Part shown: positions 27,413-37,565 of the stretch, one piece after another
How positions within the stretch are numbered: the stretch's first letter is position 1
Layout of the letters: each line of letters opens with the position of its first letter
Assembly (NCBI GenBank): GCA_946401865.1
Contig: CAMIVO010000003.1
Coordinates: forward strand, 1-61,130
Origin: an uncultured Clostridia bacterium
GTDB lineage: Bacteria; Bacillota; Clostridia; TANB77; CAG-508
Length of the DNA: 61,130 nucleotides
Direction of reading: 5' to 3'
Notes under the pieces: model-generated
What the model saw: the letters and a program-made list of their open reading frames with translations, nothing else
Database searches by the model: none
Told to the model about the DNA's origin: nothing
Position numbers and translations under genes: made by a program

Positions 27413-30172
27413 ATGAAATTATTTAAATCATATAGTGAAAAAGAAGTAAAAAAAGTAATGCCAATTGTAAATAAAATTAATTCTTTAGAAGAAGAAATGA
27501 GCAAACTTTCAGACAAAGAATTAACAGCTAAAACACCTTATTTTAAGGAACAATTAGCTAACGGAAAAACTTTAAATGATATTTTGCCAGAGGCATTTGC
27601 TGTTGTTAGAGAGGCATCAAAAAGAACTTTAGGATTAAGACATTTTGATGTACAATTAATAGGTGGAATTATACTTCATCAAGGTAGAATTGCAGAAATG
27701 AAAACTGGTGAAGGAAAAACTTTAGTTGCAACATTACCAGTATATTTAAATGCCCTAGAAGGTAAAGGTGTTCATGTTGTTACAGTAAATGATTACCTAG
27801 CTAAGCGTGATAGTGAATGGATGGGAAAATTATATAAATTTTTAGGACTTTCTGTAGGACTTGTTGTAGCTGGACAAAGTCCAAAACAAAAGCAAGAAGC
27901 TTATAACTCAGATGTAACTTATGGTACAAACAATGAGTTTGGTTTTGATTATTTAAGAGATAATATGGTTATTTACAATAATCAATTAGTTCAAAGAGGA
28001 TTACATTATGCAATTGTAGACGAAATAGATAGTATCTTAATAGATGAAGCAAGAACGCCTCTAATTATTTCAGGAAGCAGTAATTCATCATCAGACTTAT
28101 ACAAAAAAGCAGATAGTTTTGTAAGAAAATTAGAAGCAAAAGTTATTGTGGAAGAAGATGTTAAAAATTTAGACCAACAAGAAGATAATGAAAAATACGA
28201 TTATATAGTAGATTTAAAAGCAAAATCTGCATCACTTACACAAAAAGGTATAGAAAAAGCAGAAAGAGAATTTGGATTAGAAAACTTTAATGATATAGAA
28301 AATTCAACATTAGTTCATCATGTTAATAAAGCACTACATGCACATGGTGTTATGAAAAAAGATATAGACTATATCGTAAAAGATGGACAAGTTCTAATAG
28401 TAGACGAATTTACAGGTCGTATAATGTATGGAAGAAGATATAATGATGGATTACATCAAGCATTAGAAGCAAAAGAAAAAGTAAAAATTGCAGATGAATC
28501 AAAAACTTTAGCTACAATTACTTTCCAAAATTTCTTTAGAATGTATGAAAAGCTTTCAGGAATGACAGGTACTGCTATGACAGAAGAAAGCGAATTTGAA
28601 GAAATATATAACCTAGATGTTATTGCAATTCCTACAAATAAGCCTGTAATAAGAAAAGATGAACATGATGTTATTTATAAAAATGAAAGAGCTAAATTTA
28701 ATGCAATAGTAAATGCTGTAAAAGAAGCTCATAGTAAAGGTCAACCAATATTAATTGGTACAGTATCTGTAGAAAAATCAGAATTACTAAGCCAAAAGCT
28801 TAAAGAAGCAGGAATTAAACATACTGTTTTAAATGCTAAATACCATGAACAAGAGGCAGAAATAATAGCACAAGCAGGTAAATTTGGTAGTGTAACAATT
28901 GCTACTAACATGGCAGGACGTGGTACAGATATTATGCTTGGTGGAAATAGCGAATTCTTAGCAAAGCAAGAAATGAAAGAAGAAAAAGTACCTGCAAATT
29001 TAATTGAAGAATCTAACACATACTACGAAACAGATGACCAAGATATTTTAAGAGCAAGAGAACAATTTAAAAAGCTAGAAGCCAAATATGAAGAACAAAT
29101 AAAAGATGAAAAACAAAAAGTTATAGATGCAGGTGGTTTAAAAATTATAGGAACAGAACGTCATGAATCTCGTCGTATAGATAACCAATTACGTGGACGT
29201 TCAGGACGTCAAGGAGATCCTGGTGATTCTAAATTCTATATAAGTCTAGAAGACAATTTAATGAAAATATTTGGTGGAGATAGAGTAACAAAAGTATATT
29301 CAGCTTTAAATGTTGATGAAAATATGCCAATTCAAGTTGGTGTTATATCTAGAGCAGTTGAAAGCGCTCAAAAGAAAGTAGAAGGAAGAAACTTCTCAAT
29401 TCGTAAAAACACATTAAAATATGATGATGTTATGAATGTACAAAGACAAGAAATCTATTCTCAAAGAAAACAAGTTTTAGATGGAATGGATTTAAATAAT
29501 GTTATATCAAATTACATCGATTGGGTTGCAGAAGCTACAGTTCAAACATTTAATGAACCAGATGAAAAAGGAAATTTAAATTTAAATACAGAGGCTCTAT
29601 CACTTGAAATTTTCAATACATTTGGAATTAATATGCAAGAAGATTTAAAAAATAATTCAAATGACGTAAATAGAATTATAGAAATATTAAAAGAAAAAGC
29701 ACATCAAAGATATAGCGAAAAAGAAAAAGAAATTCCAGCAGAACAACTTCGTGAAATCGAAAGAGTTGTAATGTTAAAGGTTGTTGACCAAAAATGGATG
29801 GATCATATAGACGCAATGGATGAACTTAGAAAAGGTATTGGTCTTCAAGGATGGGGTCAAAAAGATCCAGTTGTTCAATATAGAATGACAGGTACAGAAA
29901 TGTTTGACGAAATGATAGAAGCAATTAAGGTTGACGTAGTAAAACTTCTTATGAATTTAAGAGAACAACAAGAAATAAGAAGAACAGAAACTGCAAAAAT
30001 AACAAAAGCAGCTTTAGCTTCAATAAATAGTGTTGATGGGGGTCAATCTACAATAGAAAATCCAGATGTAGATAGAACTATAAGACGTGAAACACCAAAA
30101 GTTGGAAGAAATGACCCATGTCCATGTGGAAGTGGTAAGAAATATAAAAATTGTCATGGAAGAAATCAATAA
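27413..30172 (+). CDS. secA: Preprotein translocase ATPase SecA
   Basis: DEAD motor motifs MKTGEGKTL and [18 protein letters not shown]; C-terminal SEC-C zinc motif [17 protein letters not shown] 27413 is preferred over 27401 on RBS spacing. Confidence 0.95.
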   Translation: MKLFKSYSEKEVKKVMPIVNKINSLEEEMSKLSDKELTAKTPYFKEQLANGKTLNDILPEAFAVVREASKRTLGLRHFDVQLIGGIILHQGRIAEMKTGEGKTLVATLPVYLNALEGKGVHVVTVNDYLAKRDSEWMGKLYKFLGLSVGLVVAGQSPKQKQEAYNSDVTYGTNNEFGFDYLRDNMVIYNNQLVQRGLHYAIVDEIDSILIDEARTPLIISGSSNSSSDLYKKADSFVRKLEAKVIVEEDVKNLDQQEDNEKYDYIVDLKAKSASLTQKGIEKAEREFGLENFNDIENSTLVHHVNKALHAHGVMKKDIDYIVKDGQVLIVDEFTGRIMYGRRYNDGLHQALEAKEKVKIADESKTLATITFQNFFRMYEKLSGMTGTAMTEESEFEEIYNLDVIAIPTNKPVIRKDEHDVIYKNERAKFNAIVNAVKEAHSKGQPILIGTVSVEKSELLSQKLKEAGIKHTVLNAKYHEQEAEIIAQAGKFGSVTIATNMAGRGTDIMLGGNSEFLAKQEMKEEKVPANLIEESNTYYETDDQDILRAREQFKKLEAKYEEQIKDEKQKVIDAGGLKIIGTERHESRRIDNQLRGRSGRQGDPGDSKFYISLEDNLMKIFGGDRVTKVYSALNVDENMPIQVGVISRAVESAQKKVEGRNFSIRKNTLKYDDVMNVQRQEIYSQRKQVLDGMDLNNVISNYIDWVAEATVQTFNEPDEKGNLNLNTEALSLEIFNTFGINMQEDLKNNSNDVNRIIEILKEKAHQRYSEKEKEIPAEQLREIERVVMLKVVDQKWMDHIDAMDELRKGIGLQGWGQKDPVVQYRMTGTEMFDEMIEAIKVDVVKLLMNLREQQEIRRTETAKITKAALASINSVDGGQSTIENPDVDRTIRRETPKVGRNDPCPCGSGKKYKNCHGRNQ

Positions 30173-30197
30173 AGTCCGAGCTTTCGGGCTTTTTTCT
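30171..30197 (+). terminator. Rho-independent terminator of secA
   Basis: Stem aagtccgag / ctcgggctt-like (gtccgagctttcgggc) followed by tttttt. Confidence 0.75.
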
Positions 30198-30223
30198 ATG
30201 CTCAAGAATTTTGAAAAATGAAA

Positions 30224-30279
30224 TTAGATACAAATTTAGATACAAATTGCAGAAATTTTTTGTATCTAATTTGTATCTA
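30224..30279. repeat. Hairpin made of four tagatacaaa motifs (2 direct plus 2 inverted)
   Basis: ttagatacaaatttagatacaaat (30224..30247) is opposed by tttgtatctaatttgtatcta (30258..30279). The same 24-mer recurs at 31403..31426. Confidence 0.7.
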
Positions 30280-30431
30280 GAATTGAAAGAAAACTTTGAA
30301 ATTGTTGAAAATACTGAAGAAAAATTAAAGGTGTCCACTGTCTCGAGGCAGTGGTAAAATCTTGAAAAAAAGAGAAATAAATGATATAATTTTTTAAAAT
30401 TAATAACAAATAATTAATTGAGGTGAATGTT

Positions 30432-31358
30432 ATGAATATTTATATAACATACGAAAAGAATTTTTTTACAGAAAATCAAATTAAAGATTTAAGTAAATAT
30501 GGAAAATTAATATTTTTAGAAAATTATTTTAATTTAGAAGAAGCAGATTATTTAAAAGATAATGAAGATAAAATTTTGATGGCAGATCCGGAATGGTATA
30601 AATGGAATTTAAGAAAAGAACATATAAGTAAGATATCAAATTTAAAAGCAATATGTATTAATACTACTGCATTTGATTGGATAGATTGGCAATATTGTAA
30701 AGATAATGGAATAATAGTTACACATACACCAAAGTATTCTACAGATTCTGTTGCTGAATATGCAGTATTTCTATTAATGTGCTTAGCAAAGAAATTGCCA
30801 ATTCAGATAAAGACAAATTATAAAATGGAATATAATCACGAAATGTTAAATACTGAAATTAAAGGAAAAACAGTTGGAATTATTGGATTAGGAACTATTG
30901 GAACAAGAGTTGCAGCGCTTTGTGATAATTTAGGAATGAATGTTATTTATTGGAGTAAAAGCAAAAAAGAAAACAATTATAAAAAAGTTGAGATAGATGA
31001 AATTTTTAAGAATGCAGATTATATTATTCCTACATTTGCTACAAACGATGAAACTCGTAAAATTATTACAGATGATAGAATAAAAATGATGGAAGGGAAT
31101 AGCTTAATAAACATTATTATAAATCCTATTGAAATATATAATCATGAATTAGTATTGGAAAGAGCAGAAAAAAATGAAATCAGTTATGCCTTTGAAATAT
31201 ATGATGATAAGACATTAAATGATTATAAAGGTAATGTTATGGCTACGGCACCATATTCATTTTATACAAAAGAATCAATAGATAGATTAGTTGCATTATG
31301 GTGTAGTAATACAATTTCAATTTTGAATAATAATACACAGAATATTGTATGGAAATGA
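30432..31358 (+). CDS. D-isomer-specific 2-hydroxyacid dehydrogenase family protein
   Basis: NAD-binding GKTVGIIGLGTIGTRVA. Length and layout are typical of the family. RBS gaggtg lies before ATG 30432. Confidence 0.75.
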   Translation: MNIYITYEKNFFTENQIKDLSKYGKLIFLENYFNLEEADYLKDNEDKILMADPEWYKWNLRKEHISKISNLKAICINTTAFDWIDWQYCKDNGIIVTHTPKYSTDSVAEYAVFLLMCLAKKLPIQIKTNYKMEYNHEMLNTEIKGKTVGIIGLGTIGTRVAALCDNLGMNVIYWSKSKKENNYKKVEIDEIFKNADYIIPTFATNDETRKIITDDRIKMMEGNSLINIIINPIEIYNHELVLERAEKNEISYAFEIYDDKTLNDYKGNVMATAPYSFYTKESIDRLVALWCSNTISILNNNTQNIVWK

Positions 31359-31402
31359 TAAATAAAAAAATATTTATTTAGTCATAATACAGTATATTAA
31401 TT

Positions 31403-31426
31403 TTAGATACAAATTTAGATACAAAT
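31403..31426. repeat. Second copy of the 24-nt ttagatacaaatttagatacaaat repeat
   Basis: Identical to 30224..30247. The two direct copies bracket the dehydrogenase gene. Confidence 0.7.
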
Positions 31427-31581
31427 AACTAGCAAAGCCGAGTGGAGCTAAGTTTACCTCAAATGAACGAAATTGAAAAGTTATGTGATTTTCTACAAGA
31501 ATGCATAAAATTTTTGAGTAAAGAAGAATATGAAATGGAAAAGAGCAAATCAAAAAAATTAGTTAGAGGGGGAAAAAATAT

Positions 31582-32025
31582 ATGAGTAATATATGCATAT
31601 TACACGCAAACAAAAGACATAAGAAATTTTTAATATTTGCCAATAAAGCAATAGATCAAGTTAATGATATGGACGAAACAAATGGATTACAACTAAATAT
31701 TGATAAAGACTATTTTTGTGAAAACCCAAAATTTCAATGCTTAGTAGCAGAAGTAGATAATATACCAGTTGGAATGATTTTGTACTCATATTTTTATTGG
31801 GCTAGTGATGGAGAAGTACTATGGGTTTCACAAATGTATATTAAACCAGAGTATAGAAAGCAAGGTATTTTCTTTAAACTAATTTCAAAGCTACGTGAAG
31901 AAAATAAAAATATGAAGATTTTAGCTTGTGCAACAGGTGAAGGTAATGAAAGAATGCAAAGAATTCTAAAGTACTATGGTGGGGTTGAAATGAAAAATTT
32001 GAAATTTTATTATAAAAAAATATGA
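31582..32025 (+). CDS. GNAT-family N-acetyltransferase
   Basis: 147 aa. Acetyl-CoA-binding-like segment is QMYIKPEYRKQGIFFKLI. Confidence 0.7.
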   Translation: MSNICILHANKRHKKFLIFANKAIDQVNDMDETNGLQLNIDKDYFCENPKFQCLVAEVDNIPVGMILYSYFYWASDGEVLWVSQMYIKPEYRKQGIFFKLISKLREENKNMKILACATGEGNERMQRILKYYGGVEMKNLKFYYKKI

Positions 32026-32038
32026 CTGGGGTGATTCC

Positions 32039-32668
32039 ATGAATATTATAAATATTTATAATAAGTATCATTTACCAGAAAACTTACAAATGCATATGTT
32101 AAGAGTTGCATCATGTAGTCATTTAATTATAGATAATTGGATAGGTGATGAATTAGATAAAAATGCTATTATAAGAGTTTGTTTATTACATGATATGGGG
32201 AATATGGTTAAAATACCAGAAGATTTTTCTGATGATAAGGAATTTATTGCCATTAGAAAAAGTTACTTTGATAAATATGGTACAAATGACCATGAAATTA
32301 ATTTAGAAATTGGAAAAATCGAAGGATTATCTGATAAAGAATTAACAATTTTAGATGGGAAAAGATCTAGAAAAAATGAGCAAACTTTAAATTCAGATTC
32401 TTATGAAATAAAAATATGTGCTTATTGTGATCAGAGAGTTGCTCCAGATGGTGTAGTTGATTTAAAGACTAGATTAGAAGATGCTAAAGTGAGATACAAA
32501 GATAACCCCTTATCAGTATGGTCAAATGAGGAAAAAGCAAATCATCTAATAGATTGTGCTTTAGGAATAGAAAAGCAAGTTATGGATTATTGTAATATAC
32601 TTCCAGAAGATATAAATGATAAGAGTATAGAAAAATATATAATTAAATTAAGAAAATATGATATATAA
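32039..32668 (+). CDS. HD-domain phosphohydrolase-like protein
   Basis: H...HD signature (MHMLRVASCSH ... CLLHDMGN). 209 aa. Confidence 0.6.
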   Translation: MNIINIYNKYHLPENLQMHMLRVASCSHLIIDNWIGDELDKNAIIRVCLLHDMGNMVKIPEDFSDDKEFIAIRKSYFDKYGTNDHEINLEIGKIEGLSDKELTILDGKRSRKNEQTLNSDSYEIKICAYCDQRVAPDGVVDLKTRLEDAKVRYKDNPLSVWSNEEKANHLIDCALGIEKQVMDYCNILPEDINDKSIEKYIIKLRKYDI

Positions 32669-32739
32669 TAAGGTAGATAAAAGATGATTAGTTGTCATTT
32701 TAGTAATATCAGAAAAAGTAAAAAAATACGAAAAAATGA

Positions 32740-32769
32740 TTGACAAATAGCATAAAAATAAGGTATAAT
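32740..32769 (+). promoter_or_regulatory. Promoter of the toxI-toxN unit
   Basis: TTGACA (32740..32745), 18-nt spacer, TATAAT (32764..32769). Confidence 0.6.
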
Positions 32770-32860
32770 GAATATAATAGAAATAGATATTTAATATCTA
32801 TTTACAGCAAGAAAATCAGGTGAACCCTACCAATAAGTGGGAGCTGTAAATTTTAAATTA

Positions 32861-32971
32861 AAAGCGGTTTTACCATTCCAGTCAAAAATGGGCATATAAA
32901 GTGGTTTTATCATTCCAGTTAAAAATGAGCATATAAAGTGGTTTTACCATTCCAGCTAAAAATGGAAAGTA
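32861..32971 (+). ncRNA. toxI: ToxI-like type III antitoxin RNA: three tandem 37-nt repeats
   Basis: The three units are aaagcggttttaccattccagtcaaaaatgggcatat, aaagtggttttatcattccagttaaaaatgagcatat and aaagtggttttaccattccagctaaaaatggaaagta. They start at 32861, 32898 and 32935, directly upstream of a ToxN homologue. Confidence 0.8.
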
Positions 32972-32975
32972 AAAG

Positions 32976-33012
32976 TAGATGGTATAGGAAACTTTACCAT
33001 CTAAATTTTTTT
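32976..33012 (+). terminator. Intrinsic terminator/attenuator between toxI repeats and toxN
   Basis: Stem tagatggta / taccatcta followed by aattttttt. It ends 16 nt before the toxN ATG. Confidence 0.65.
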
Positions 33013-33028
33013 AATGGAGAAATAAACG

Positions 33029-33556
33029 ATGGATAATAAATTGAAATGGTATGTTGTAGACAAAGAATATGTTAGTTATTTAAAAAAGTTTGATGACAAA
33101 GTAGAAAATATAAATTATACCGAAAGACTTAAACCATATATAGGAATATTGATAACAATAAATGAAATAAATTATTATGTTCCAATTTCATCTGTAAAAG
33201 AAAAACATTACCAAATGAATGAAGATATGGATTTTATAAAAATTATGGAAAATGATAGAATATTGGGCGTATTGAACTTAAATAATATGATTCCTATAGA
33301 TAATGAAAATGTGAGAGTTTTAAAATATAAAGAAATAGATGAATATAGAAAATTTAAGGATGATAAAGAAAAACACTTATACATATCGTTTTTAAGTTTT
33401 GAATTAGGATTAATAAATGATAAAATTGACAAAATAAAATCTAATGCAGTTGAATTATATAATGAAAAGATAAATAGACCTAATTCTAAGATTTCTAAAA
33501 GATGTTGTGATTTTAAACTCTTAGAGGAAAAATGCAGAGAGTATAAAAACAGCTAG
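33029..33556 (+). CDS. toxN: Type III toxin-antitoxin toxin, ToxN/AbiQ-family endoribonuclease
   Basis: Matches ToxN landmarks as I recall them: YLKKFDDKV, PYIGILI..IN...YYVPISS, LGVLNLNNMIPI, CDFKLLEEKCREY. 175 aa. Confidence 0.85.
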   Translation: MDNKLKWYVVDKEYVSYLKKFDDKVENINYTERLKPYIGILITINEINYYVPISSVKEKHYQMNEDMDFIKIMENDRILGVLNLNNMIPIDNENVRVLKYKEIDEYRKFKDDKEKHLYISFLSFELGLINDKIDKIKSNAVELYNEKINRPNSKISKRCCDFKLLEEKCREYKNS

Positions 33557-33586
33557 TAAAATTTCCTTTGAAAAATAAGGTCTTTA

Positions 33587-33634
33587 TGTGGAAGTGGAAA
33601 AAAATACAAAAATTGTCACCGAAAGAACATATAG
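33587..33634 (+). pseudogene. Orphan remnant encoding a SEC-C motif (diverged duplicate of the secA 3' end)
   Basis: tgt gga agt gga aaa aaa tac aaa aat tgt cac... encodes [11 protein letters not shown]. 29 of the first 33 nt match secA 30125..30157. Stops lie immediately upstream in frame. Confidence 0.6.
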
Positions 33635-33864
33635 AATTATGAGAAATTTTATAGAAAGAATTGTTTTTAAATAGTGAATATAATGGAAGGTTACAAAATA
33701 ATTTGTTTTATAAATAATGAAGGGAGAAAATAAATATGCTATTAATCAACTGTTCTAATAGAGAAAAGATTTGAAATTTTTTAAATAGCCAACTAGAAAT
33801 TAAGACAAATTAAATAAGGTATGATATAATGAGCTATAAATAAGTATGAAAGGAAATGAATTAA

Positions 33865-34275
33865 ATGAAAATACTAATTATATGTAGCAAAGCTTTTTAT
33901 AAGGATATAGCACCAATAAAAGAAAAATTGGAGCAAAACGGGCATGTGGTAGAACTACCAAACTCATATTATGAACCTGATGCAGAAAAGAAAAGTTGGG
34001 ATTTAGGGGAAAAAGCTCATAGTGAATTTAAAGCAAGAATGTTTAAAATGAGCGAGGAAAGAATAGCAACTATGGATGCAGTTTTAACCTTAAATTTTGA
34101 TAAAAATGGTAAGAAAAATTATATTGGAGGAGCTACTTTTATAGAAATATATGAAGCATTTATGAAAGGTAAAAAAATATATTTATATAATAATATTCCT
34201 AAAGGAATGCTATATGATGAGATATCAGGATTTTCTCCAATTATCATAAATGGAAATATTAATTTAATTAAATAA
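33865..34275 (+). CDS. Nucleoside 2-deoxyribosyltransferase-like (Rossmann-like) small protein
   Basis: 136 aa: KILIICS..., DAVLTLN..., GGATFIEIYEAFMKGKKIYL. This resembles the NDT/DNPH1-type fold signature. The assignment is tentative. Confidence 0.4.
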   Translation: MKILIICSKAFYKDIAPIKEKLEQNGHVVELPNSYYEPDAEKKSWDLGEKAHSEFKARMFKMSEERIATMDAVLTLNFDKNGKKNYIGGATFIEIYEAFMKGKKIYLYNNIPKGMLYDEISGFSPIIINGNINLIK

Positions 34276-34355
34276 AATCTTTTGATACATTAAATTACTT
34301 TTTAAGAACAAATATGGTAGAAAGAATACCAAGTATTTTTAAGGTGGTGTGAAAA

Positions 34356-34781
34356 ATGGATAAATATATTAGAGTAGGAATTGGAGTAATGATTTTAGAA
34401 GATAACAAGATATTATTAGGACACCGATCTAAGAACAAAAAAGATACCGGTGGAATATATGAAGTTGACTGTTGGACTGTACCTGGCGGAAAGCAAGAAT
34501 ATGATGAAACATTTTGGGAAGGTGCTAAACGTGAAGTAAAAGAAGAAACAAATTTAGATGTAGATGACCTAGAATTATTTAATGTAGCAGATGATATTCA
34601 GCCAGATAGACATTATATAACATTACAAATTATCGCAAAAACACATAAAGGAGAATTAAAGGTAATGGAACCTACCAAAGAAGATGATTGGCAATGGTTT
34701 GATTTAGATAATTTACCAGAAAAATTATATTCTCCATCGCGAAAATTTATTGAAAAATATCTAAAAATCAATAAAATTTAA
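34356..34781 (+). CDS. NUDIX hydrolase
   Basis: Nudix box is GGKQEYDETFWEGAKREVKEETNL. Confidence 0.85.
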   Translation: MDKYIRVGIGVMILEDNKILLGHRSKNKKDTGGIYEVDCWTVPGGKQEYDETFWEGAKREVKEETNLDVDDLELFNVADDIQPDRHYITLQIIAKTHKGELKVMEPTKEDDWQWFDLDNLPEKLYSPSRKFIEKYLKINKI

Positions 34782-34931
34782 AGAAATGAGTGGAGAAAAT
34801 GAAGAAAGATAGCATAGAATTCTTTGCTATTGTAAATGAAATATCTGTTTAATAAAAAATATTTATAAAGAATAGGAAAATAGACAATTTATTTTATACA
34901 TGATATAATGTGGCAAAGGATGGAAAAATTA

Positions 34932-35630
34932 ATGAACATTTTAATTATGGAAGATGAATACAGTTTAGCAGATGCATTAGCAGAAAAACTAAAAAGCGAA
35001 AAATTTAATGTATGTATAAAAACAAATGGAGAAGATGGAGAAGATGAAGCACTAACAGAAAGCTATGATTTAATTCTTCTTGATGTTATGCTTCCAAAAA
35101 AGAATGGATTTGAAATACTAAAATACTTAAAACAAGAAAAAATAAAAACTCCTATAATAATGCTTACTGCAAAATCAGAAATAGAAGATAAATTAAATGG
35201 ACTAGAGCATGGCGCAGATGATTACATAACAAAACCATTTTCTATGAGAGAACTTATGGCTAGAGTAAAAGCAGTACTAAAAAGAACAAATAACATTGAA
35301 AACACAGACTATCTTGAATTTGGAGACATAAGTTTAGATTTGAAAAATGCAAAACTAAAGAGCTGTGAAAATGAGATTCAACTTAGTGGAAAAGAACTGG
35401 AAATTATGGAGCAATTATTACTTAATAAAAACCAAATATTATCTAGAGAAAGCTTATTAGAAAGAATTTGGGGATATGACAGTGACGCTGAATATAATAA
35501 TATAGAAGTTTATATTACATTTATAAGAAGAAAATTGAAGCTAATAGAATCAAAAGTTGGTATAAAAGCTGTTAGAGGAATAGGGTATAAATTGGAGAAA
35601 ATGGAAGGAAAAAATAAAAATGATAAGTAA
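34932..35630 (+). CDS. OmpR-family response regulator
   Basis: Receiver domain (ILIMEDE...LILLDVMLP...MLTAK) plus winged-helix domain (LSGKELEIMEQLL...RGIGYKL). Confidence 0.9.
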   Translation: MNILIMEDEYSLADALAEKLKSEKFNVCIKTNGEDGEDEALTESYDLILLDVMLPKKNGFEILKYLKQEKIKTPIIMLTAKSEIEDKLNGLEHGADDYITKPFSMRELMARVKAVLKRTNNIENTDYLEFGDISLDLKNAKLKSCENEIQLSGKELEIMEQLLLNKNQILSRESLLERIWGYDSDAEYNNIEVYITFIRRKLKLIESKVGIKAVRGIGYKLEKMEGKNKNDK

Positions 35631-36823
35631 ATTGAAAAAAAAGATTTTTTGGATAATTCAGCTTTCTTTAACAGTAATTATATTAGGAATTATGATAATA
35701 TTTGCAGGATTTAGTTATAGAAATACAATATCATCATCTACAATGTTTATAGATAGAATAGATGGAAAAGAAGAAAAAAAAGATGAAGCACCAAATGAAT
35801 TTAATGAGCCAAGAGCTGGCAATAATCCTTTTTTTACAAATATTGAAGGAGTATATAGATTAGAAATAAGTAATAATAATGTTATCAGAGAATCAGATGA
35901 TGTTACTGATGAAATAAGAAATTATGCTATAAAAATAAGCAATAAAAAATTAGAAGAAGGATATATTGGAAATTATATATATAAAACAAGACTATTTGGA
36001 AATGGTGGAAAAGAAATAACTTTAATGGAAAATGAAAATGCCATTAAAAGATTAAAAATTACGCTTGTATCAACAGTTATAATAGGGGCATTGGGAATAG
36101 TTATTGTTTATATAATAGCAAAAAAAATAGCTAAAATAATAGTAAAACCTGTTGAAGAAGCATTTGAAAAACAAAAACAATTTATATCAGATGCATCACA
36201 TGAACTTAAAACACCACTCGCTGTAATAGAAGCAAATGCAGATGTACTTCAAGATAAAGTTGGAGAAAATAAGTGGATAACTTATATACAAAACGAAACT
36301 CAAAGTATGAATAAATTAGTAAATGATTTATTAACACTTTCTAAAATGGAAAATATAAAAAATGTAAATATGCAAAAATTCGATTTATCAAAAGCAGTTG
36401 AAATGGAAATTGCAGTATTTGAAAGTATGATATATGAAAAAGAAATAAAATTGGAAACAAATATTGAAGAAGGCATATATTTTAATGGAGAAAAAGAAGA
36501 TATAAAACATGTTATTTCTATAATACTAGATAATGCAATAAAACACACAAAAAATGAAGGAAAAATAATAATAAATACACAAAAAGAAAAAAATGACATA
36601 AAAATTGAAGTAAAAAATCAAGGGGAGCCAATTCCAGAGGACGAACAAGAGAAAATATTTGAAAGATTTTATAGAGTAGACAAATCAAGAAATAGAAATG
36701 AAAAGAGATATGGACTACGGTCTTTCTATTGCAAAAGGTATAGTAGATAAGTATAATGGTGAAATAAAAGCAAATTCAAAAGATGGATTTACAAGTTTTG
36801 TAGTAAAATTTGGAAATAAATAA
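35620..36823 (+). CDS. Sensor histidine kinase; C-terminus needs a +1 shift at in-frame CGG (C36718)
   Basis: Two TM helices. H-box is FISDASHELKTPL; N-box is LDNAIKHT. The zero frame ends RYGL-RSFYCKRYSR*. The +1 frame restores the G2 box GLGLSIAKGIVDKYNGEIKANSKDGFTSFVVKFGNK*. Confidence 0.9.
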
Positions 36824-36854
36824 AAATTCATAGAGAAAGGAATGTTGATAAAAA

Positions 36855-37532
36855 ATGGAAAAAATGGAAAAAATAAGAATTGATAATTTATTTGATTTAG
36901 AACAAACAATTGCAAAAGACATATTTAAAGGATGTGAATATCCATGGGAGGTATTACCTAAAATTAAAGACTTTATAGTACAACTAGGAAAAACTTTAGA
37001 CAAGGAAAAATTTGAAGAGGTAAAGCCAAATGTATGGATTGCCAAAAATGCGGAGGTTGCAGAAACAGCTTATATTAACGCACCATGCATTATAGACGAA
37101 GGTGCTACTATAAGACATTGTGCATATGTTAGAGGAAATGCTATTGTTGGAAAAGATACTGTTGTAGGAAATTCAACAGAATTAAAAAATGTCATTTTAT
37201 TCAACAATGTACAAGTACCTCATTATAATTATGTTGGAGATTCTATTTTAGGATATAAAGCACATATGGGGGCTGGGTCAATTTCAGCTAATCTTAAAGC
37301 AGATAAAATGTTAGTAATGGTATCTTTTGACGGTAAAAAAATAGAAACTAATTTAAGAAAATTCGGAGCAATGATAGGAGATAATGTGGATGTAGGCTGT
37401 AATTCTGTACTTAATCCAGGTACGATAATAGGAAGAAATACAAGCATTTATCCATTGTCATTTGTTCGTGGATATGTTGAAAAAAATTCTATTTACAAAA
37501 ACAAAAATGAAATTGTTGAAAAAAGAATATGA
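36855..37532 (+). CDS. Hexapeptide-repeat (left-handed beta-helix) transferase, GlmU C-terminal-like
   Basis: Repeated [LIV]-G-x-x-x-x pattern (IVGKDTVVGNSTELKNVILFNNVQV..VGDSILG..). 225 aa. Confidence 0.6.
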   Translation: MEKMEKIRIDNLFDLEQTIAKDIFKGCEYPWEVLPKIKDFIVQLGKTLDKEKFEEVKPNVWIAKNAEVAETAYINAPCIIDEGATIRHCAYVRGNAIVGKDTVVGNSTELKNVILFNNVQVPHYNYVGDSILGYKAHMGAGSISANLKADKMLVMVSFDGKKIETNLRKFGAMIGDNVDVGCNSVLNPGTIIGRNTSIYPLSFVRGYVEKNSIYKNKNEIVEKRI

Positions 37533-37565
37533 AAAAAGAAAAAAGAAGAAAAAAAGGAAAAAAGG

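Noticed and set aside
30078-30357. ORFs 30151..30357 (+), 30078..30338 (-) and 30020..30205 (-) downstream of secA
   Set aside because: They span the secA terminator and the tagatacaaa palindrome. They have no RBS and the translation is repeat-derived.
31463-31585. 40-aa ORF (MNEIEKLCDFLQECIKFLSKEEYEMEKSK...) overlapping the GNAT start by ATGA
   Set aside because: It has no recognisable RBS and no family resemblance. It may be a gene remnant next to the 24-nt repeat, which is too weak to call as a feature.
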